From the NCBI GenBank assembly GCA_964565945.1, contig CAZMGY010000024.1, positions 11,599-43,598 on the forward strand: a stretch of 32,000 nucleotides of DNA, read 5' to 3'. The notes under the pieces are model-generated. The model was not told the DNA's origin. It ran no database searches and was given only the letters and a program-made list of their open reading frames with translations. The stretch comes from an uncultured bacterium. GTDB taxonomy: Bacteria; GCA-001730085. Shown in pieces: positions 26,505 through 31,003 of this stretch (position 1 is the stretch's first letter; each line of letters opens with the position of its first letter). A program made the position numbers and the translations under genes.

Positions 26505-27205
26505 TATTTTTCGGCACAATAAATATTTGCAATGCCAAAGGTTAAGGGCTTAAGCCTCACCGAAAAAAAGCCACTTTGTTTCAAAATATCCGCAAAACGC
26601 TCGCCATAAGGAAAGGCTTCCACAGATTGATTCAAGTAAGCATAAGCTTCACGATCGCCCGACAACAATCCCCCAATCCAAGGCAAAACGTAACGAAAAT
26701 AAATCAAATACGGCCAACGGATCAAGGGATTTTTTGGCAAAGAAAATTCTAAAATCAAAAGCCTTCCTCCCTCATTAAGAACACGAAACATATCGCGAAT
26801 CGCTTTCTCATAATCGGGAATATTGCGAATACCAAAGGCAATGGTCACCACATCAAAGGATTCATCCTCGAAAGGAAGTTCTTCCGCATTCGCCACCTCG
26901 ACCGTTGCTACAGAATGATAGCCTTTGTGATCTATTTTCACCTGAGCTTGTTTAAGCATTTCTTGCGACATATCTAGGCCCACGGCTTTCTGGACATCTT
27001 GCACTCCATCCAAAGCCGTCAACATCACGTCCCCTGTTCCTGTCGCAACATCAAGCAAATGAATGTTTTTCCTATTAGGAATAAATTGGAGTAATTTTTT
27101 GCGCCACACAACATCTTGGCGCCCAGACAAAAGCCGATTCAACAAATCGTAACGGTGCGCGATACGATCAAACATAGGCCAAACAGCCGAACGTTGTTGA
27201 ACCAT
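26504..27205 (-). CDS. ubiE: Demethylmenaquinone methyltransferase
   Basis: FDRIAHRYDLLN and SAM motif LDVATGTGDV. I chose the ATG at 27205, which overlaps the stop of the upstream ORF (TAATG). The track start at 27232 is a GTG. Confidence 0.9.
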   Translation of the reverse strand: MVQQRSAVWPMFDRIAHRYDLLNRLLSGRQDVVWRKKLLQFIPNRKNIHLLDVATGTGDVMLTALDGVQDVQKAVGLDMSQEMLKQAQVKIDHKGYHSVATVEVANAEELPFEDESFDVVTIAFGIRNIPDYEKAIRDMFRVLNEGGRLLILEFSLPKNPLIRWPYLIYFRYVLPWIGGLLSGDREAYAYLNQSVEAFPYGERFADILKQSGFFSVRLKPLTFGIANIYCAEK

Positions 27206-27624
27206 TAAGATACCTTCCTCAAACTCACACACGAAGCAATTTTTGGCATTTCAGAAGGAGGCAAAAGTTCTGTTCGAACGCTCACCACAGCATGTTCATC
27301 CCAATTGATTGACATAATACGACACGTTTGCTGATCATAAGCTTCACCCAAATAAACTTGGAGCGACAATTGCAAACCTTGCCACTGCATGTACAACAAG
27401 AACTGATCTTCGTGAGTGTCAGCAATCTCTTCGAAGGTGCCTCTCACTTCATCCCATGACAAAGTCTGAATATCGTCCACATGTCGTCCATAAAGAAACG
27501 ATACAAACGCATTATTGGCACCAATCGACTTTTGACACGTGTCTTTATGATAATCAAAATGAATGAGCCCCTGTTCGGAAGTTACCTGAAATTCAGCAAT
27601 AGCTCGGGTGTCTTGACAAGGCAT
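27205..27624 (-). CDS. Hypothetical protein, first gene of the men operon (weak IscU/NifU-N-like pattern)
   Basis: 139-aa ORF with an AAGGGGAAG SD. Translationally coupled to ubiE. The segment FDYHKDTCQKSIGANNAFVSFLYGRHVDDI loosely resembles IscU FKTFGCGSAIASSS..V.GK..DEA. The other scaffold cysteines are absent. Confidence 0.6.
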   Translation of the reverse strand: MPCQDTRAIAEFQVTSEQGLIHFDYHKDTCQKSIGANNAFVSFLYGRHVDDIQTLSWDEVRGTFEEIADTHEDQFLLYMQWQGLQLSLQVYLGEAYDQQTCRIMSINWDEHAVVSVRTELLPPSEMPKIASCVSLRKVS

Positions 27625-27667
27625 GAGTACAACTTCCCCTTTAGTTAAGCCTGTTTAACTCGCAACC

Positions 27668-27676
27668 ATTATACCA
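27668..27676 (-). promoter_or_regulatory. Putative extended -10 promoter of the men operon
   Basis: Minus-strand TGGTATAAT, about 45 nt upstream of the ATG at 27624. Confidence 0.4.
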
Positions 27677-27704
27677 TAAAAATGACCTGGTTATCTTTAC
27701 AATA

Positions 27705-27713
27705 TGCTATAAT
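27705..27713 (+). promoter_or_regulatory. Extended -10 promoter, copy 1 of the tandem unit
   Basis: TGCTATAAT, a perfect TGnTATAAT, within repeat unit 1. Confidence 0.45.
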
Positions 27714-27771
27714 TTTGGCCATAGTAGAGTGAAGGGGTTCTATTTAGTTCGTGACCTATTTATTTTTAATA

Positions 27772-27780
27772 TGCTATAAT
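27772..27780 (+). promoter_or_regulatory. Extended -10 promoter, copy 2 of the tandem unit
   Basis: TGCTATAAT within repeat unit 2, about 100 nt upstream of the DoxX-CSD start. Confidence 0.45.
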
Positions 27781-27881
27781 TCTGATCATACGAGGGTGAA
27801 AGCGCCCTATGAGGGGAGGGAATTAAATATAATTTTATCTCCCTAAACTTATTTACAATGGCTAACAAAGGAGTTATCTCA

Positions 27882-28508
27882 ATGATTCAATCAAAAACCA
27901 ATCTCGGTCTACTTATACTACGATTAGGACTGGGCATTATGTTCATTATTCATGGTTATCCTAAAATCAGTGCAGGTATTGAAGGATGGACTGGCCTTGG
28001 AAGTGTGCTGGGCAAGTTAGGTATCACATTCGCCCCAGCATTTTGGGGATTTATGGGCGCTTTTGCCGAATTTGCAGGAGGCATCTTTTTGGTCTTAGGC
28101 ATTCTTCATGTTCCCTCCTGTGCGATGCTCTTTTTCACAATGGTCGTCTCCACTGTCTACCATGTTTCTAATGGTGATTCTTTCAACATTGTGTCTCACC
28201 CCCTAACCTTAGCTTTGATTTTCTTAGGCCTCCTCTTTACTGGATCTGGATCTTGCTCCTTAGCTCCTTGCAGACGAAAAACATCTAAAAGCAGCGGTGG
28301 CTCCCAACAAACAGGGAAAGTGAAGCGTATTCTTCGCAACAAAGGATTTGGTTTTATCACCGATACCGATGGTAAACAAATTTTCTTTCATCAAACGGCC
28401 GTTATTCAAGGTCGTTTTGAGCAAATGCGCGAAGGCCAATCGGTGTCCTTCACGATTAAACACACTCCTAAGGGACCTAATGCAATCAATATTCGTTCAC
28501 AAAGTTAG
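27882..28508 (+). CDS. DoxX-family 4-TM membrane domain fused to a C-terminal cold-shock domain
   Basis: Residues ~1-140 contain four hydrophobic helices and a DoxX-like end (TGSGSCSLAP). A basic Ser/Gly linker follows, then GKVKRILRNKGFGFITDTDGKQIFFHQTAV...EGQSVSFTI...GPNAINI, which is CspA-like with RNP1 KGFGFI. I chose the ATG at 27882, with AAAGGAG 8 nt upstream. The track ATG at 27858 is the alternative. Confidence 0.7.
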   Translation: MIQSKTNLGLLILRLGLGIMFIIHGYPKISAGIEGWTGLGSVLGKLGITFAPAFWGFMGAFAEFAGGIFLVLGILHVPSCAMLFFTMVVSTVYHVSNGDSFNIVSHPLTLALIFLGLLFTGSGSCSLAPCRRKTSKSSGGSQQTGKVKRILRNKGFGFITDTDGKQIFFHQTAVIQGRFEQMREGQSVSFTIKHTPKGPNAINIRSQS

Positions 28509-28520
28509 GAGACATAAAGC

Positions 28521-28838
28521 ATGATGCACATTATTCGTTACCTTCAAAACAAATGGCAAGTATCCTTGTGGGGGTTTGTGGCTATATTTGTGACTTTTGC
28601 TTTGGCAGGAAGTTCCGTGGTTAAACTAAAAGACCTCATATTAAACTTTATTCTCCCTGGAGATGCCCCCACATGGTTGCGTAGCATCACCTATCTCGCT
28701 CTGATTTTCCCTCTTTATCAAATCCTTCTGGTTTTCTATGGAACATTGCTAGGACAATTTTCTTTTTTCTGGGAAAAAGAAAAGAAAATTTGGGGGGGGG
28801 TAGTCCGCTTAATCCGTGGGCGTAAAAAATCTCTCTAA
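28521..28838 (+). CDS. Small two-TM membrane protein of unknown function
   Basis: 105-aa ORF starting 12 nt after the DoxX-CSD stop, with a GGAG SD. Two hydrophobic segments and a FFWEKEKK tail. It resembles small proteins I recall as often mis-annotated diacylglyceryl transferase in Bacteroidota. A G9 run lies near the 3' end. Confidence 0.6.
   Translation: MMHIIRYLQNKWQVSLWGFVAIFVTFALAGSSVVKLKDLILNFILPGDAPTWLRSITYLALIFPLYQILLVFYGTLLGQFSFFWEKEKKIWGGVVRLIRGRKKSL
28792..28800. repeat. G9 homopolymer inside a coding region
   Basis: Nine consecutive G residues encoding W-G-G near the 3' end of the 105-aa ORF, just before its 30-bp overlap with hslR. Confidence 0.9.
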
Positions 28839-29201
28839 GTCACGCCTCTCTTTTTTGGTGGGTCGTCCAGCTCCAGGATATCTTTGAGGCACAGGCAACC
28901 GCCGAATAACGGCATAGTGCTCTAACACCTCTTCCAGTGTGGTTTCTTTCACATAATCCACCGCCAATTTGGCTCCAACGCGCTTGTCTAAAAGCGCCAG
29001 CACCTCAAATTCACGCCACACACCCTCTTTTTTAACAGATACGCTCAGGCCCACTTGAACTTTACGGGAAGGTTTAATGTTTTGGCCATCAACTTTCACA
29101 CGACCCCGCTTGCATTTATCGGTGGCGAGGCTACGTGTTTTAAAAATACGCACCGCCCACAGCCAAGTATCAAAACGAACATTTTCGGAAATCTGATTCA
29201 T
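28809..29201 (-). CDS. hslR: Hsp15-like S4-domain RNA-binding protein
   Basis: VRFDTWLWAVRIFKTRSLA...RVKVDGQNIKPS (S4 fold) and a C-terminal GAGRPTKKERRDLERF tail. Length is 130 aa. Confidence 0.8.
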   Translation of the reverse strand: MNQISENVRFDTWLWAVRIFKTRSLATDKCKRGRVKVDGQNIKPSRKVQVGLSVSVKKEGVWREFEVLALLDKRVGAKLAVDYVKETTLEEVLEHYAVIRRLPVPQRYPGAGRPTKKERRDLERFFTPTD

Positions 29202-29209
29202 AATGGAAT

Positions 29210-29215
29210 ATTGTA
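29210..29215 (-). promoter_or_regulatory. Putative -10 box placed 8 nt from the hslR ATG (leaderless geometry)
   Basis: Minus-strand TTAACT, a 17-nt spacer, TACAAT, then attccatt, then ATG. There is no Shine-Dalgarno sequence in between. Confidence 0.35.
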
Positions 29216-29310
29216 TGCGAAAAGTGCGGAAAAGTTAAGACATCATCTGAATAGTGGTGTCGGTTAACAAACAAGTCTCGATCAACCCTGTCAAATCTTG
29301 CAAAAATATG

Positions 29311-29316
29311 TATAAT
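29311..29316 (+). promoter_or_regulatory. Putative -10 box placed 7 nt from the upstream msrA ATG (leaderless geometry)
   Basis: TGTCAA, a 16-nt spacer, TATAAT, then agcacgt, then ATG (29324). There is no Shine-Dalgarno sequence. Confidence 0.35.
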
Positions 29317-29323
29317 AGCACGT

Positions 29324-29950
29324 ATGCAAGGGCTTTTAAAATATAGACTTATCATTGTTTGGGGATTGGCGCTCCTATCTTTTTGGGGCATCTCAGAAAG
29401 GGGATCTACGATGAACGCATCACCACACGAGGTCACAACATTTGCGGGAGGTTGCTTTTGGTGTATGGAAGCGCCATTTGATCACCTCGAAGGCGTTCAA
29501 GACACCATTGTGGGCTATATGGGAGGACAAACCCCGAACCCAACCTATAAAGATATCTCGACCAGTCAAACTGGCCATGCCGAAGTCATCCAGGTTCATT
29601 ATGACCCTGACAAAGTCTCCTACAAGGCTCTTCTCAAAGTTTTTTGGCGCAACATTGACCCTACAACCATGAGCCAACAGTTTGCCGACCGAGGCAATCA
29701 ATACCGCACCGCCATTTTTTATCACAATGACCTACAGCAAAAGCTCGCCCTTGCATCCAAACAAGACCTTGAGGCATCAGGCAAATTCAAAGATCCTATT
29801 GTGACCGAAATTAGCCCCGCCTCAACGTTTTACCGTGCCGAAGAATCCCACCAAGACTACTATCTCAAGAACCCATTTCATTACAAAAATTACAGCCACG
29901 GGTCAGGGCGTGTTCCCTACTTGAAAAAAATATGGGGAGAATCTTCTTGA
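29324..29950 (+). CDS. msrA: Peptide-methionine (S)-S-oxide reductase, possibly exported
   Basis: Catalytic GGCFWCME, then GYMGGQTPNPTYKDI...GHAEV. The long form adds a signal-like N-terminus (KYRLIIVWGLALLSFWGI). An internal ATG at 29411 with an AAAGGGGA SD would give a 179-aa cytoplasmic form. Confidence 0.9.
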   Translation: MQGLLKYRLIIVWGLALLSFWGISERGSTMNASPHEVTTFAGGCFWCMEAPFDHLEGVQDTIVGYMGGQTPNPTYKDISTSQTGHAEVIQVHYDPDKVSYKALLKVFWRNIDPTTMSQQFADRGNQYRTAIFYHNDLQQKLALASKQDLEASGKFKDPIVTEISPASTFYRAEESHQDYYLKNPFHYKNYSHGSGRVPYLKKIWGESS

Positions 29951-30030
29951 GTTCACACGCAACGCAAACGCCAGTGAAACTGAGATGGCGTCCCACACAT
30001 TCAATTCAAGCCAAAGTCTATTCGAGAGTG

Positions 30031-30040
30031 CCCCCCCCCC
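30031..30040. repeat. C10 homopolymer, intergenic
   Basis: Ten consecutive C residues between msrA and the SDR gene, followed by the small palindrome ACCACacaGTGGT. Confidence 0.9.
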
Positions 30041-30146
30041 ACCACACAGTGGTCTGAGATCATCAAACTGCGACAGAAATACTCTATAAATACTCGCTCG
30101 CTACTGGCAGAATGCCTTAAACATTTTAAACTAAAGGAACCAAATT

Positions 30147-30881
30147 ATGCCCACCTTACTTATTTTAGGAGCTACATCGGATATTGCCCAAGCCTGCGCT
30201 TACCGCTTTGCCCAAGAAAATTTTTCTCTTTTGTTAGCCGCCAGAAACGTCGAACGCCTGGAAATCTTGCAAAAAGATATTCAAATCAAGCACCAAGTTG
30301 ACGTTCACCTTTTCGAGTTTGATGCATGTCAATTTAAAACCCACGCTGATTTCTATAACTCTCTACCTCAGAAACCCGATACTGTCTTAGTATGTTTTGG
30401 TTATTTGGGAGACCATCAAAAGTTTGGTCAAGATTTTAATGAAGCCCATAAAATCATTAATATCAACTTAACAGGAACTATCTCCATTAGCGACATCGTC
30501 GCCAACGACCTGGAAAAACGTCAAACAGGAACATTGATTGGGGTAAGCTCCGTTGCCGGAGACCGCGGACGCAAAGGCAACTATATCTATGGTGCCACTA
30601 AAGCCGCTTATCAAACTTATTTGAGTGGACTTCGCCAAAGGCTCTTTGCTAAAAAAGTGCATGTACTGGATGCGCGGCCAGGTTTTATTGCCACCAAAAT
30701 GACGGCTGACCTCAATGCGCCAAAAGCTTTGGTCGCCTATCCAAAAACCGTCGCTAATGATATTTGGAAAGCTTATCACAAACGAAAGAATGTTCTTTAT
30801 ACACCTTGGTTTTGGTTTTGGATTATGCTCATCATCAAACTGATCCCCACTCCACTTTTCAAACGCTTAAGTTTAAGGTAA
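30147..30881 (+). CDS. Short-chain dehydrogenase/reductase with hydrophobic C-terminal tail
   Basis: LILGATSDIAQ Rossmann motif, catalytic YGATKAA (YxxxK), and a C-terminal WFWFWIMLIIKLIP hydrophobic segment. AAAGGAA SD upstream. Confidence 0.8.
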   Translation: MPTLLILGATSDIAQACAYRFAQENFSLLLAARNVERLEILQKDIQIKHQVDVHLFEFDACQFKTHADFYNSLPQKPDTVLVCFGYLGDHQKFGQDFNEAHKIININLTGTISISDIVANDLEKRQTGTLIGVSSVAGDRGRKGNYIYGATKAAYQTYLSGLRQRLFAKKVHVLDARPGFIATKMTADLNAPKALVAYPKTVANDIWKAYHKRKNVLYTPWFWFWIMLIIKLIPTPLFKRLSLR

Positions 30882-30901
30882 GCCCTGATAAAATAAACTC
30901 G

Positions 30902-30992
30902 TTTAGGGGCTGTCCCAAATCAGGTCTTTACAGTCGTATTAAAACAATGGGTTAGAGAAATTTGATTGCTCTTATTTAGGACAGCCCCTAAA
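30902..30992. repeat. Perfect 14-bp inverted repeat flanking 63 bp between convergent genes
   Basis: TTTAGGGGCTGTCC (30902-30915) and GGACAGCCCCTAAA (30979-30992). Each arm can also fold locally; on the right arm ATTTAGG-acagcc-CCTAAAT is followed by TTTTT. Confidence 0.6.
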
Positions 30993-31003
30993 TTTTTCTC
31001 CAA

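Larger units (their letters stand above)
27683..27820. repeat. Tandem duplication (~67-69 bp unit, 2 copies)
   Basis: Unit 1: TGACCTGGTTATCTTTACAATATGCTATAATTTTGGCCATAGTAGAGTGAAGGGGTTCTAT. Unit 2: TGACCTATTTATTTTTAATATGCTATAATTCTGATCATACGAGGGTGAAAGCGCCCTAT. Aligned by eye with one 2-nt indel. Confidence 0.6.

Noticed and set aside
29968-29991. ACGCCA-N12-TGGCGT hairpin just after msrA as an intrinsic terminator.
   Set aside because: The stem is only 6 bp, the loop is large and there is no following U-tract, which is too weak to call.
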